Of a stretch of DNA of 64,000 nt, positions 26,601-36,617 are shown piece after piece (within the stretch, counting starts at the first letter, position 1; the number at the start of each line of letters is the position of its first letter). The notes beneath the pieces were generated by a model. That model ran no database searches. It saw only the letters and a program-made list of their open reading frames with translations, and was not told where the DNA came from. The position numbers were made by a program, and so were the translations under genes. This DNA comes from Tubiluchus corallicola. Its lineage: Eukaryota > Animalia > Priapulida. The stretch spans positions 1-64,000 of the forward strand of contig JAQGDQ010000987.1 in assembly GCA_030141605.1 (NCBI GenBank), written 5' to 3'.

Positions 26601-29600
26601 ATTCCTTCCTGTAAAACTTGGTTCCTTTGATTTTTTATCACTTTGTTATTAGCAGTATTAAATTTGGAAAACTGTCATTTTTCGTTACGCGAGATGAATG
26701 CATTATGAGTACAGTCACGAAGTCACCACGCTTTCTGTACGACGTACGTCATTCTTGCTCACTCGCGCCAAAGACGCGAAACATCTTGATCTTTATGACA
26801 ATGCTCGCGTTCAAAATTTGCCATAAAAGGGTAAGTTATTTAATTTATAAGGATATTTTGTTTAATAATAACTATGAATTATTTGTGTAATCATGACAAT
26901 GCATTAAAAAAACATCAATGTCTGTTGGGGTTACATAGGCCTTTAATGTTTTTCTAACAATTTTGCAAGAATTGTATTAGGTTTTCCTTGTTTTCCTTGC
27001 TGTTAGATATCAGCATTCATTGCTGATGCCGTCATCAAGTCGCTGAAAATCTACACTGGAGTCGGAAGCAGTGCTAGTTCCGAGATAAGTCCACGTAGTA
27101 GTAGCGAGCTGTTATTCAATCCATCTGATTCGAACACCTTCTGTCAGCTAGTACGACTTTGTGAAAATCCTTCACTTCTCGGTTCTTTGCTGCTAAATGC
27201 TGCTGCAGCTGTGGGAAACAGTGAGTCACCCAGCAGATCTGGTAAGTCAGACTTTAATTAGCCACTACTGTGTGCTTCGTAGTTCCAGTGGCGTGGTGTT
27301 TGGCTGTTGTGGGCGAGCGGCCTTGCGCACGTGTCTGAGATACGAAGCTGCATGCTAGGTAGAGAAAGCTCTGTCACTCATGCAGTGCCAGCCCTGTTGT
27401 GCAAGTGTAAGGTAGTGTTTCTTTTTAGCCAAATTTGCTTTTAATGTGTTTATTTCATTTTGCACCTTATTAAAACAATTTCCCTAAAAATTTTCTGAAG
27501 CACCACCACCACTAATTTTAACCACGAGCTACCACTGGTTAAATTCATCAAAACATCAGCAATTTAATGTTAATTTGTTTAAAAAAATAAAAGGAAATAT
27601 GAGGTATAGTTGTTTTTGTATAATTAACTAAGTAAGTTTCTGTTGGATCATAAAGTTGAACAGTCATAAGTTGCTTAGGTTGTAAATCGATGACTGCTGT
27701 ATAACTACAACGTTATACTTTAATTACTCAATTAGTTTTATGTTACTTTTTGTGTAACGCTCGTGTATAATTTTCAAGACAAATCTGTTCAACTGTCCGA
27801 AAAACCTTCTGGACAGTTATATAGTCACTTACATTGTACATTTTTGCACAATAAGTACTTTATCTTGTAAGCAAACATGTAATACCTATCATATTTTTTA
27901 TAATCTAAAATATAATATCTTCATTTAAAAAACCTTTTATGTGAACTAGATAATTTACATACTTATTTTATGATTTAATTTTATTAAAGTCTTTATTTCG
28001 AAAACTTGCCATAAAAAGATAGCATGAAAAACATATCTAACCTGATAACAAAAGTGATTGATTAATTACATAACCTGAAAAAAAATCCCTATTTGCAATG
28101 TTTTCATTATCATCATCATCATTGTCATTATTATCATCATCATTACATTCACCATCGGCATTGTCAATGTCAGCAAAATCATTATTATCATTAAGATTGT
28201 TATTAAGGTATAATGTTTACGAATTTTCCAATTGCCGGAATCATAAGTAACTATTGTAAACTGTATTTTTCAGTTTTATCAATGCAAGTGGAGTTGCTCA
28301 TCCGGGCCCATGACTGCTACACAGTAGGCTGCAACATGGAGGGCATTAGCCGAGTTTTACATGAAAGCAGGTCGTGCACAAATAATCTTGCAGCCGCTGA
28401 ACAATTCTCACTTATGGTAACCAGTGGTCTTGATGGTCACTTTTAGTCTTTATGTAACTCTATTACCTTCCATTTTACATAAACCTTGAGACCATTACAC
28501 CTTAAGTTTATTCAACCTGTATAATTCAAATTTTCTGCCAGTTAATATTAGTGAATTAAACATCAAATCTAAAATCCGCACTTTATTACATGGTAACTCA
28601 CTTTTCGGAATTTATAAGAGCTTCAAGCTGATTCAGTAAACATTAATTTAACATTTCGCATTGTACTTGATGTACTGTCACTATTAAAATATAGGTATCT
28701 ATATCTAATTATAAATGTCTCAACTTTGTTTTAGAGTACTTACCAATTTCTAAGGTATGTTAATTAGTTCTGTTCTGTATTCCAAAGGTAATGGAGATTA
28801 ATATGTTTATAAAAAAAACTTGAAATAATAAAATCTACAGTGAATCGTATGCATGCGTATTAAATAGAGGAGGCTTAATTGCACGAATTTTTAATTTCTA
28901 TATTGTGTGTATGATCTTACAGAATCAGCTTTTGTTTCATTAGGCTTAGTGCGTTATTTGGTAAAAGTTGTTACCTTTTTGTTAAAAGAAACAGAACTTT
29001 GTAGTGGATGCCAACCAAAGTTAGCTGTAAATCTATTAAATGATTTAGAATATCTTGTATTATACATATGAATAATTTCTTTATGCATAGAAAAGTTTTA
29101 GGAAAAATAATTTTGCAATAGTAAATTTTTATGAACACACATCTGTGAAGAAAATGTTCGCATTATTTATTTTGCTTAATTTTTGTCTGGCAATCTTATA
29201 GTCTAGTGGTAACGCATCCGCTTTCTGTGTGGGAGGTCATGAGTTCGATACTGTGGCCGGGTCATGCCAAAAACTTTAAAAATGGTACCTACCGTTGCCC
29301 TGCCCAGCAGTGCTTAGGGTTAAAGCGTTGTAATAATAGTTTCTTTGATTTATGTTAATTGTTCGTCCAAAAGCCAACTTTAATAAATAAAGATTATTAT
29401 TACTATTATTATGTACCCTGAATGATTCTTTATATCTATTGTAAGTTATAATTTAAATTGCAGTCGACATTCCACGTTCTTGTAATAGTTAGGTAAATTT
29501 TTGTTTATTTACAGATTAGACTGTTAACTGGCATAGCCCGGTACAGCGAGACAACTTACATATTTGATATTTTACAACAACGACAGCAGCTTATTCTATT

Positions 29601-32600
29601 GTTACGCAAAGGTATAGAAAAGGTATGTTTGTATTTGCCAAACAAGTAAGGTAGATATATTATGTATCTGTTTTTTTTAAATTTGGAGAAAATTTATACA
29701 ACTTTCTTACCAGTTCGAGGATGAAATTGCTTTTAATTAATATAATATTATAATATCACGAAATTAACTAGGAGGAGGAGGACAACAAAATAAATTGAAA
29801 TAAATTTGGCAATTCTACCATAATAGTATACCTTAGACGTGAATTTTTATTTGGATGTGTTGGGGTACACATTTGTATATACTTTTGATTTTGCCATCAT
29901 TAGAGTAACAATTATTGAATGACTGAATGTTCAGGTACATTACACAAATCTCTGTTGCTAATCACATTAACTACTTGCTCAACATTTCCAATTTTATTTG
30001 TATCCTGTTAATGCATGAAGTGAAATATGAAATCATGAACAATACTTCCTGTTGATTTAACACAGTTGGTCTGGCAACTTTGTCTTTTAAATCAATTTCT
30101 ATGAAATTATTAACTATTAATGCATGTTCTTTAATTAATATTGTAATTAATATAAGTAACACTCGACATATTGAGCAGCACCTCATTGGGGTGAATAATG
30201 GAACACATTTCTTGTTGACATCCAAGTTTAATTAAGTGAATAGAGACACTTGAAAAGTTTTTTACACCTGACCAGAAGCAAGCTCTTAAGTATTTTTTTA
30301 ATTGAACAATTAATAAAAATTAATTTGTGTTTTTTTTTAACTTTTCTTGGATGTATTTTGTCTGCTTCAATTTTACTGATTAAATTTGCATGAAAACTTC
30401 GTTTTATTTAATAGAACGAATAGAAGAATTTTAATTGTGCAGTTTGTTTGTCAGCTTTCTCTGTGCAAAATTTCTCATTAGCTTGTAAGCCTGTAATGAT
30501 CTACCGATGCATCGTGATATTTTTTATTACGATATGCACATCACTAAAGTGCACCAGTATACTGATAATTTGAGTAAACGATATTTAGCTAATTAGCAAG
30601 CGCTTGAAAATATTCTGATAAAAACAATGTGAAGTCATTCATGCTGTAACTATAGAGTGTACTGTAGATACATTGAAAAGTAGTTGACTTCACGCTAGCA
30701 GCCAAAGCAGTTGAAAACACAAGGTATATAAAGTTGTACAATGGCAAAAGTGGACCAGAAAATGCACAAGTAACTTTTAAAACAAAAGTGTCAATACGTT
30801 TTGGTTTTCTGCTGGCTTACAATGCAAACAATAGCATACACATTACACAAGTGATAAATAAAAACCAACAGTTTGTCTATTTATTTTAGCGTTTAGCAAT
30901 CCTATAACTGTTGATTGGAAAAAATGTGTTATTATTATTATTATCAACTTCTTTATCTAGTTTTTTGTAAAACCTGCAAATGCTAACTCAAGTTTATCAT
31001 ATTGTGAAGTTAGTATTGTGATATATATCGTGACCTAGGTATATTGTTACAGCCGTATTAGCTTGTTGAATTAGTTTTCTTAGTCAATGTTGCTTCTCAG
31101 CATTCTGCTACCGAGAGTTCAGTATTCAATAGTAGCATCTATTACTAATCTTGGAGAATGGAGAATGGGACTTGAGCCTGTCTAATTATCTATAACTAGA
31201 CACTGAACCAGCAGAAGCACCTTTTCTGGCTAAAGTAATTTTTCAGTAGTCAACCATCCATTTAGTAACCAAGTTCAACATTGCCTAACTTTGGTTTCCT
31301 TTCACTCGCTGTAATCATTTGGCTAATACAGAGTAAGTAATATAGTGAGTGTCAAAAAATTATTCAGTTTGATGTGGTGAGCTGTCACTCAAAGGCTTCA
31401 CATTTTGTAACCAGGGTAATAGCTCAATGGTCATAGCATGTACTTAGCAGCCAGAGTCAAGAATGGTGCTGCTGTTGGTCATTGAATGACTGGGTGATAA
31501 CTGGGCTCGATACTCACTCTAGGAATTTTTGTTTACCATTTTGGTTCTGGCTGCATACCACGTAGACAGAAGATATATTCACATCCAAATGTGGCTAGGA
31601 CACCCAAACAAAAAAGTTCAATATCTCATCCCAGATGTTTGTCCTTGATAATGAGCCAGGTACCCGTCTTGTCACCACCATCAACATTGATTAGACACGG
31701 TCACTAAATTTCTGGATTCAAATTGTATTAAAAAACGTACTTGGTATGCTGGCTGCGAGAAAGTTGACATTAATATTTTACTAAAAACAGTGCTACGTAA
31801 TTGAAAACAGAAATCGTGATTGAGCTTGGCACTCCTGTTGGATTAGGTTTTGCTGAAATAAAAGTTTATAAATAGTGGGCAACTTGCCAACTAAACAATT
31901 TTGACAATTTTTCTGCTTGCCTTGCTAAGCTTTAATTAATACAAGCTCACATTAGTTTATTTCGCCGTAGGATCACAAATTAAAAGTGGCTCTGCTGGAC
32001 TACATGAAGCGTTCATTTCCGGCTGATAGGGATATGTACACGATGGTAGCCCTGCATTTCACCATGTTTCGTGAGATCGGTGAAATGCTCGAGGATGCAG
32101 CATTTTGTGAGCTCGAATCTTTCCGTGGAAAACATCTAGGTAACTGCTTAACCACTAGTCTAGTCCTTTTTAGTATCAGTATTAGTGGTAAGCATACACT
32201 TTCAGAAATCTAATTCGTACGATTTTTTGATTTTCGAGTTCGAATCAAATTCAAGTGGAGTATTAAAGGCTTTGCGAATAAATATGGAATTAGTAATTAA
32301 AATGGTGTGTTAAAGATCACGTATATTGTTTCATTTTGTTCTACAGCAAGAATTCATTATTTCTTATCATAAATTGTGCTTAAAGATTGCAGCTAAGTTA
32401 TGCTAATTGTATGATGTTTCAAATGTTTTAACAATAAAAACGAGCATAGTTGAACTGTGGATTTTTTTGTTTTGGCTCGAATCAAAGTTGGATTAAAAAA
32501 CTGAATGCTCAAATTGAATTCGAATGTTTGCTGCTCACTTCCAAACTACATCTAGCTTTTTTTAGCAGATATAGTGATGAAAATCTGCTGTGTAGCTGAA

Positions 32601-35600
32601 AAATACTCTTCATGTCAATTAAGCAAAACCAAGATAAGAAGTATTATATTATGTACTGCACGTCAGTTTAACCAATCATTAGGCATGTTTTTTGTCTTGT
32701 TTTAAGTTACTTTTTTACTTGTTATCCTTATTTTTGTTGTGCCGTCAACGAGGTATTGATGGGAATAATATAATTGCCTTATAGCACAGCCTCCCTTTCA
32801 TCTCTGTTATTGCAACTGAAAGCAAGATTTGCCAGAACAGCTGTCTCCAATTACTGACTCTTTAACTTCTTTAGCACATATATTTTTACAACTGTGATGA
32901 GAGAATGCATGCTATGTAAGTTTTGGCTCATTTTGAATCCTGGTAGAAGCGAGCGTTGTTCGCACTTTCATTATTAGCGAAAGTTTCAATTTGTTAAAAC
33001 ATTTTGGCTATATATACTTTGACCTTGATGATAAAATGAGTCTATATTTTTTTATTAAATTTCTCAAACCAGTCTTAATTAAAGAGAAGTAAATCTGAAA
33101 AAGTCTGTGTTGTGTTTGTTTTGAACCTGGGACCTTTCTATTGCTAGTTCAGTGACCAGAAGATTAAAAATCCATTTGTGATTGTACACAGGTGTTAATT
33201 CAGTCCAAGCAGCTCAGTCCATCCATATTCAAACCAATCCAACATTTACAAGGTTTAGTTTTTAATGATAATTTCGAACCTAGACTAATCTGAGAGTAAT
33301 TAACTAAAATTTAGTTTCGAGATTGTTGATAGTTATGTCCTTGTTAAGATTACTGATTAATTATTCCATTGCCAACATTGTTGATTAATTATTCTGTTGT
33401 CAAGAATGTTAATTAATTATTTCATTGTCAAGATTTTTGATTAATTATTCCATTGTCATGATTGTTGATTAATTATTTCCGTGTCCAGATTACTAATTAT
33501 ATATTCTGTTGTCAAGATTATTGATTAATTATTTCGTTATCAAGATTGTTGGTTAACTGTTCTGATGTCAATGTTCTTGATTAAGTATTCTTTCATTGAG
33601 TTTGTTGATTAATTGTTCCATTGTCAAGATTGTTGATTAATTATTCCATTGTCAAGATTGTTGATTAATTTTTCCATTGTCAAGATTGTTGATTAATTAT
33701 TCCATTGTCAATTTTGAAATTAACATTAAAAAATAATTAATCTTTAATCTTACATAAAACTTTATTACATTAACCTTTTATTAATAATTAGTTAAATGAT
33801 CATGCTAAGTTTCCTCTGGTGGGGCTTGTCTATTAGTTTTAACCAGTGTTTGTTTTGTTGTCTTTAATGAATACCATCACATTTCCTGCACAGGGTGAAT
33901 AGAAGTATTTTGTGTTGGAGCCAAAAACTTGCAAAAACAAGTTTGTAATTGTGAACAGCCAGTGTGCGACCTTTTTTCAAAATCCACATGTGATTTGAAA
34001 TTTAAAAAACAAATGCCTTGATTTTCGGTGTAGCATTAAATCGCTTAAAACTGCTTCATTTTCACCTACGGGGTTTTCTCTCTATAATTAATCTGCCTAC
34101 ATTAGACTAGGACTACATTTTCTCTAGCCGAGATAACAATGCTATAAATTCTTTTGCAAATCTTATTTCGGATGAATTCTTATCATCTTTCGCCTATCAA
34201 TGGCAGTAGCGTAAACTCAAAAGAATTTTCTTGTCTACTTCACCACAAAAGATTATGTTTTTTGTATATCAAAAATTAAAATTTTGTACTAACATCGAAA
34301 TACGCTATTTTTATGTAGATTGAACTAAATTCTTACGCTTAATTTAAAAATAGTTCCTAGATCCTTATAACCTTGTTGCTTTGATATACTCTTCTCAAGT
34401 ATTTAATGTGTGAGGTTTCTGTCTTGTATGATTACGTATGGTGTTAATTATTAATATGAACACAGCATAGCTGTAAAGGCAGGCTTAAGTCGACCTTCTG
34501 ACGCAATGCAACTGAAAGCAGCTGAAGACTCGGCAACTGCCGGCTTACGGTAATGTCGCTAGTTTCGTGTATATCCAGCTGAACATGTTCCAACAATTTG
34601 CTCATGTTCTACTTGCAGCATTCGGTATTAACCTGAGCATTGTTCAATGATGATCGTGGTTTGGTCAAAGATTTTTTCATTTGTTTACCCTCAGTCGTCA
34701 TCAACCTGAGCTTGTGTTCGCGACCGTTTCCTGTCAGTTGAGGCGAGTTGCATTGCATTGCAGGTCGACCTAAGCTTGGGTTTGCAGGAACTAGTACAAC
34801 TATTGATTTCGTTGTATTTTAGGCACTTCTACAGAGACCCAAAACAAGCTGCAGGACATTGCCCAGTATTTCATTGATGCAGCACAGAGTTATACTAAAG
34901 AAGAATGTTTGAGGCATGCTAGTGCTTGCTGGAACATGGCAAGATTGGTAGCATTACAGATTCAACTACTGCCTTGTCTTATACAAGTTATCTGCCTTGA
35001 TTCTCCCAACACGTTTATCATGAAACATTCAAATTTTAATGAGGTAAATAAATGCATGTATTTTCTGGAGAGTGTCCAAGCGAAGTAATCTTTCAGACTG
35101 GACATATCTCCTCCTGTTGCTAGATAAATAATTCTGCTTTATGCATCTGTCTGTGTGGTGTTAATTCTCACCGTTTGTGTCTTCTTGGCATTTCTTAAAC
35201 TTTTGTATGATCAGTCTAACTTATGAATATGCATAGTATAGAAGTAGCAATTACATATTAAAAATAGCTTAGCTCTTTAACTTAGTATGTTTGTCTTCCC
35301 TATTTTTAGGCATTGATTGTGTCAAAAGCATATGATTGTGCCCCGGACTGGGCTGGCGCCGTCTACCATATTGTCATTATAAATGGAGATTTCAAGTACC
35401 TGCAAAGCTTTGAGATGTCTGGGAGGCTAACTTATGAACTTATTAGTGATGTGTGTCTAAGGTATTCTGGTATAATCAGTGTAATTGGTTTGAGAATGTT
35501 TGTGCAAACATACTGCTTCAAGTGATAGTTAAATCATATATCATTTTGTTACGCTGTCTCCATAAACCAAAAAAATAGTTTTGTAGAATTATCCCCATTT

Positions 35601-36393
35601 GGCAAATAAGTGTAACTTCATTAAAATGGAATTTACATATTGCCGACCGGTTTCAAAGGAAAATGTTGTACTTGAGCTTGTGCAACACCAACAGTGCATT
35701 GTGGTTTGTGGAATTAGGTAACAAAATGGCAGTTCTCTGAAGTTGACAGTTCTGTTACTACCAACATAATGGTTAGTTTGTTTGTGTAGTGTTAAATAGT
35801 TTCATGCTAATCAAGACATGTAGTCTCTAAGATAAATTATTAAATTATCTATATTATATTAAATCATATATCTTTTGGATATTAACTGCTGAATTGTACT
35901 TTGATGTTCTTTCTAAATTCTGGTAAATTCTTTGTTTTAAATCCTTGACAATGAAGACTTTTGTTTGAAAATGATCAGCGATAAATGAATTAGATCCATT
36001 TTGAATAGCTTTTTAAAGTAGTTATTTTTGTCTAACATATTCAAGTTGTACTTTAAAATAGTTTACACTGAAACTAAACATAGTTCCTTGAGAAAAAAAT
36101 TGTAGTCTATGTATTCAGATTGTACTTTGATGCAAGTGAGTTATTACACTAGATACTCGCCTTTGACTTTAACACCTTTGGAAATAAATAACCCAGGTTT
36201 GGTTTTCACTTTCAGGGCTGCAGCTGATGTTTCTAGATCAGCACAATGTAATTCTAATCTGAAGAAACTCCTGGAGCACTGTTTTGTACCTGTTATAAAA
36301 TACAAGCTAGCGGCTAGTCTGGGCTTTACTGACATTTGTTCACATATGCTTAGTGGAAGCAGTGGCGTTTATTTAAAAGATCATATCAGCTAG
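319..36393 (+). CDS. SPG11: Spatacsin (SPG11), 5'-truncated by the window; 32 coding exons, about 1,666 aa visible
   Basis: Exons 319-524,1457-1655,2390-2590,3301-3395,3719-3867,5024-5167,6901-6976,8353-8524,9213-9345,10005-10131,11383-11494,12069-12228,13183-13342,13967-14199,15562-15768,17026-17133,17283-17460,19067-19278,20084-20221,21067-21222,21534-21686,23179-23295,23811-23904,24759-24886,26157-26294,27007-27241,28274-28416,29515-29622,31971-32139,34823-35043,35310-35461,36216-36393 join in consistent phase (5,002 nt) to TAG at 36391-36393. Peptides match recalled spatacsin motifs in order: ALAPYPKLRATLFP, PFDISKLFHWQ, YYLKHGR, AACVAFLEMLG, ELLIRAHDCY..CNMEGI, RLLTGIARY, LKVALLDY, DAAQSY..C.RHA, AYDCAPDWA, terminal YLKD. 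Confidence 0.95.
549..1073. mobile_element. hAT-like non-autonomous element
   Basis: Termini CAGGGT.../...ACCCTG; flanks gatgttca / gatttaca (6/8 TSD match); many internal ttcgc/gcgaa motifs; higher GC than its surroundings. Confidence 0.65.
1457..1655 (+). CDS. SPG11: SPG11 exon
   Basis: PKVLWLYLLRHSDWKRL...ERVLNQLAR; AG|gtaagc donor; missed by the ORF track. Confidence 0.9.
2390..2590 (+). CDS. SPG11: SPG11 exon
   Basis: QNIFSQLERENFPLLLRRLS...FHKQFINYCIEH; AG/GT flanks in phase. Confidence 0.9.
3301..3395 (+). CDS. SPG11: SPG11 exon
   Basis: IPWVDLILKFQQL; ttttcag / G|gtatgt. Confidence 0.85.
3719..3867 (+). CDS. SPG11: SPG11 exon
   Basis: NSLVYEASCSNTRLM...LADLVYS. Confidence 0.88.
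5024..5167 (+). CDS. SPG11: SPG11 exon
   Basis: LKIALAPYPKLRATLFP...DITVYQLLQ. Confidence 0.93.
5579..6709. mobile_element. TIR element family copy 1 (carries a nested Tigger-type MITE)
   Basis: ~35-bp TIRs tgtgcttgca...ccataagtcggc / gccgacttatgg...tgcaagcaca; second copy at 21738-22415. Confidence 0.8.
5817..6287 (+). mobile_element. Tigger/pogo-type MITE with a transposase HTH remnant
   Basis: TA|CAGTGGAACCTCG...CGAGGTATCACTG|TA; about 6039-6110 encodes EKYESGMHLSAIAAEYERNTSTIG (CENP-B/psq-like HTH). Confidence 0.85.
6901..6976 (+). CDS. SPG11: SPG11 exon
   Basis: GNCPFDISKLFHWQTSN; G|gtaaga. Confidence 0.92.
7600..7764 (+). mobile_element. L2/CR1-group LINE 3' end (stem-loop plus (ATTTG)n tail)
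   Basis: Hairpin GGGGTGGC..GCCACCCC at 7625-7663, then aataaa and an (atttg)n tail. Confidence 0.65.
8353..8524 (+). CDS. SPG11: SPG11 exon
   Basis: IPSFTSPHL...YYLKHGRCSFGF; an in-phase alternative acceptor lies 9 nt downstream. Confidence 0.92.
9213..9345 (+). CDS. SPG11: SPG11 exon ending in a GC donor
   Basis: ISAACVAFLEMLG...LRICLQ; CAG|gcaagt. Confidence 0.9.
10005..10131 (+). CDS. SPG11: SPG11 exon
   Basis: VANLL... continues the previous exon as in spatacsin; G|gtaggt. Confidence 0.82.
10691..11321. mobile_element. Tc1/mariner-pogo-type MITE
   Basis: TA|CAGTAAACTATGTATAACTC ... GAATTATACATAGTTTGCTG|TA. Confidence 0.85.
11383..11494 (+). CDS. SPG11: SPG11 exon
   Basis: AAMLELLNGD...IESVIQNEKPSK; phase 1 in, phase 2 out, bridging its neighbours. 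Confidence 0.82.
12069..12228 (+). CDS. SPG11: SPG11 exon
   Basis: HWRTAVVFAQAHNL...YLLDCAAENHWLSFLIHAELH. Confidence 0.93.
12311..12620 (-). mobile_element. L2/CR1-group LINE 3' end with a long (AATCT)n tail
   Basis: Hairpin at 12573-12613 related to the 7625 one; minus-strand aataaa; (ATTAG)n array 12311-12495 containing three GTTAG variants. Confidence 0.65.
13183..13342 (+). CDS. SPG11: SPG11 exon
   Basis: SFKDPHLREHV; the weak donor A|gttcgt is inferred from phase. Confidence 0.78.
13967..14199 (+). CDS. SPG11: SPG11 exon
   Basis: SWKQLLDRAYKLNNPFLALIAGC; GAG|gtatgt. Confidence 0.9.
14514..14891. mobile_element. hAT MITE
   Basis: CAGTGGCGTAGC ... GCTACGCCCCTG; TSD ggtttgat / ggcttgat (7/8). 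Confidence 0.85.
15562..15768 (+). CDS. SPG11: SPG11 exon
   Basis: IDCLCIWIL...HEWCLGDL...HGFEIFQP. Confidence 0.92.
16428..16962. mobile_element. Kolobok-like non-autonomous element (TTAA TSD)
   Basis: TTAA|AGGAAAACCAGCCGATT ... AATCGTCCGGTTTTCCT|TTAA. Confidence 0.8.
17026..17133 (+). CDS. SPG11: SPG11 exon
   Basis: CSPLLPLLRFLQA...HLESFK. Confidence 0.88.
17283..17460 (+). CDS. SPG11: SPG11 exon ending in a GC donor
   Basis: WFEAVSVKLIKTLLSKCQTSYE; AAG|gcaagt in phase 1 matches the next exon. Confidence 0.87.
17962..18165. repeat. Compound tri-/hexanucleotide microsatellite
   Basis: (gatagt)n, (gacagt)n, (aat/gat)n. Confidence 0.9.
18395..18800 (-). mobile_element. Non-coding ~400-bp hammerhead-bearing repeat, copy 1
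   Basis: Reverse complement aligns by eye with 35670-36040 (shared acaaaatggcag, gacagttctgttactac, aatcaaga, taaatt.tggtaaatt, ccttgacaatgaa). Confidence 0.75.
18479..18513 (-). ncRNA. Minimal type I hammerhead ribozyme motif (U3-A8 core variant), Penelope/retrozyme-type
   Basis: Minus strand reads TGCC-TTGACAA-TGAACAGTTC-GAAA-CTG-GTC-GGCA: stem I TGCC/GGCA, core UUGAnAA, stem II GAA/TTC, GAAA, minimal stem III, GUC cleavage triplet. Confidence 0.62.
19067..19278 (+). CDS. SPG11: SPG11 exon
   Basis: ILELLQDKSLFAEARCFAETAGL. Confidence 0.92.
20084..20221 (+). CDS. SPG11: SPG11 exon
   Basis: LWSDLPARKTFWHG...AAAAFFQ. Confidence 0.9.
21067..21222 (+). CDS. SPG11: SPG11 exon
   Basis: EKVWLLQLA...LEQVLYWMW; phase 0/0. 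Confidence 0.85.
21534..21686 (+). CDS. SPG11: SPG11 exon (poorly conserved linker)
   Basis: Open 51-codon stretch with AG/GT flanks, phase 0/0. Confidence 0.7.
21738..22415. mobile_element. TIR element family copy 2 (no nested MITE)
   Basis: Colinear with 5579-6709 minus the 5817-6287 insertion. Confidence 0.8.
22480..22950 (-). mobile_element. Decayed tRNA-derived SINE split by the hAT MITE
   Basis: Minus strand: cagtggtagcatg (A-box-like) ... gttcatttccc (B-box-like), then ccgagtcacaccaaatcttaaaaatgatactgc, the same core as the SINE at 29189. Confidence 0.6.
22537..22924. mobile_element. hAT MITE inserted in a SINE
   Basis: Imperfect TIR CAAGGCTCGTACTC / GAATACGAATCATG; perfect 8-bp TSD gaaatgaa (22529-22536 and 22925-22932); tcctata subterminal repeats. 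Confidence 0.85.
23179..23295 (+). CDS. SPG11: SPG11 exon
   Basis: ESAALEYIIGVLLDRCCIKEA...RFHHHSHDV. Confidence 0.92.
23665..23798. repeat. Imperfect (TA)n microsatellite directly upstream of an SPG11 acceptor
   Basis: Direct inspection. Confidence 0.9.
23811..23904 (+). CDS. SPG11: SPG11 exon
   Basis: IFMELAEG; T|gtaagt. Confidence 0.82.
24759..24886 (+). CDS. SPG11: SPG11 exon
   Basis: ELERHCNHGKHCCRRISATYRVA. Confidence 0.9.
25487..26099. mobile_element. Tc1/mariner-pogo-type MITE
   Basis: TA|CAGTAAGTTCTCG ... CGAGAACTTACTG|TG. Confidence 0.75.
26157..26294 (+). CDS. SPG11: SPG11 exon
   Basis: VLGRSYESVA...LLSQ...AQEFV. Confidence 0.9.
27007..27241 (+). CDS. SPG11: SPG11 exon
   Basis: LFNPSDSNTFCQLVRLCENPSLLGSLLL; G|gtaagt. 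Confidence 0.92.
28274..28416 (+). CDS. SPG11: SPG11 exon (C-terminal domain)
   Basis: VELLIRAHDCYTVGCNMEGISRVL. Confidence 0.95.
29189..29410 (+). mobile_element. tRNA-derived SINE with a conserved central domain
   Basis: A box tagtctagtgg, B box gagttcgatac, core ccgggtcatgccaaaaactttaaaaatggtacc, tail aataaataaa(tta)n. Confidence 0.8.
29515..29622 (+). CDS. SPG11: SPG11 exon
   Basis: IRLLTGIARYSETTYIFDIL. Confidence 0.95.
30486..31057. mobile_element. hAT MITE
   Basis: TAAGCCTGTAATGAT ... ATTGTTACAGCCGTA with perfect 8-bp TSD ttagcttg. Confidence 0.85.
31971..32139 (+). CDS. SPG11: SPG11 exon
   Basis: LKVALLDYMKR..P.D...MVALHFTMFREIG. Confidence 0.95.
33335..33712. repeat. Minisatellite, ~28-bp unit ttgtcaagattgttgattaattattcca
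   Basis: About a dozen degenerate tandem copies. Confidence 0.9.
34476..34783. mobile_element. Palindromic (PIF/Harbinger-like) MITE
   Basis: Inverted arms ggcttaagtcgacct..gcaatgcaact / agttgcattgc..aggtcgacctaagc; superfamily assignment tentative. Confidence 0.65.
34823..35043 (+). CDS. SPG11: SPG11 exon
   Basis: FIDAAQSYTKEECLRHA...ARLVALQIQLL. Confidence 0.95.
35310..35461 (+). CDS. SPG11: SPG11 exon
   Basis: ALIVSKAYDCAPDWA...GDFKYL. Confidence 0.95.
35575..36040 (+). mobile_element. Non-coding hammerhead-bearing repeat, copy 2, preceded by an inverted fragment of its own 3' end
   Basis: 35670-36040 is homologous to copy 1, with a decayed motif at 35941-35980; 35575-35655 on - reads GAAACCGGTCGGCA...ttctacaaaa like the 3' tail of copy 1. 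Confidence 0.7.
36216..36393 (+). CDS. SPG11: SPG11 terminal exon
   Basis: NLKKLL...YKLAASLGF...YLKDHIS-TAG; AATAAA candidates near 37353 and 37419. Confidence 0.93.
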
Positions 36394-36617
36394 ACTCCAA
36401 TGACACTTAACACACTGGTATAATTTCTGAGTTGAATGTGATCTGTGAACTAGCTTACGAGAAAGCTCCACACCACTGAGAGACATGAGTTACCAGAAGA
36501 CCCAAAAAACATTATGCATGAGCCAAAATTTGTCAAGGTTTCAGTGTAACAAAATGTTTTCGTTCATTTTGGCCCTGAATAATTGCTATGTGATAATAAC
36601 ATATGAAGGCCTAGGAT

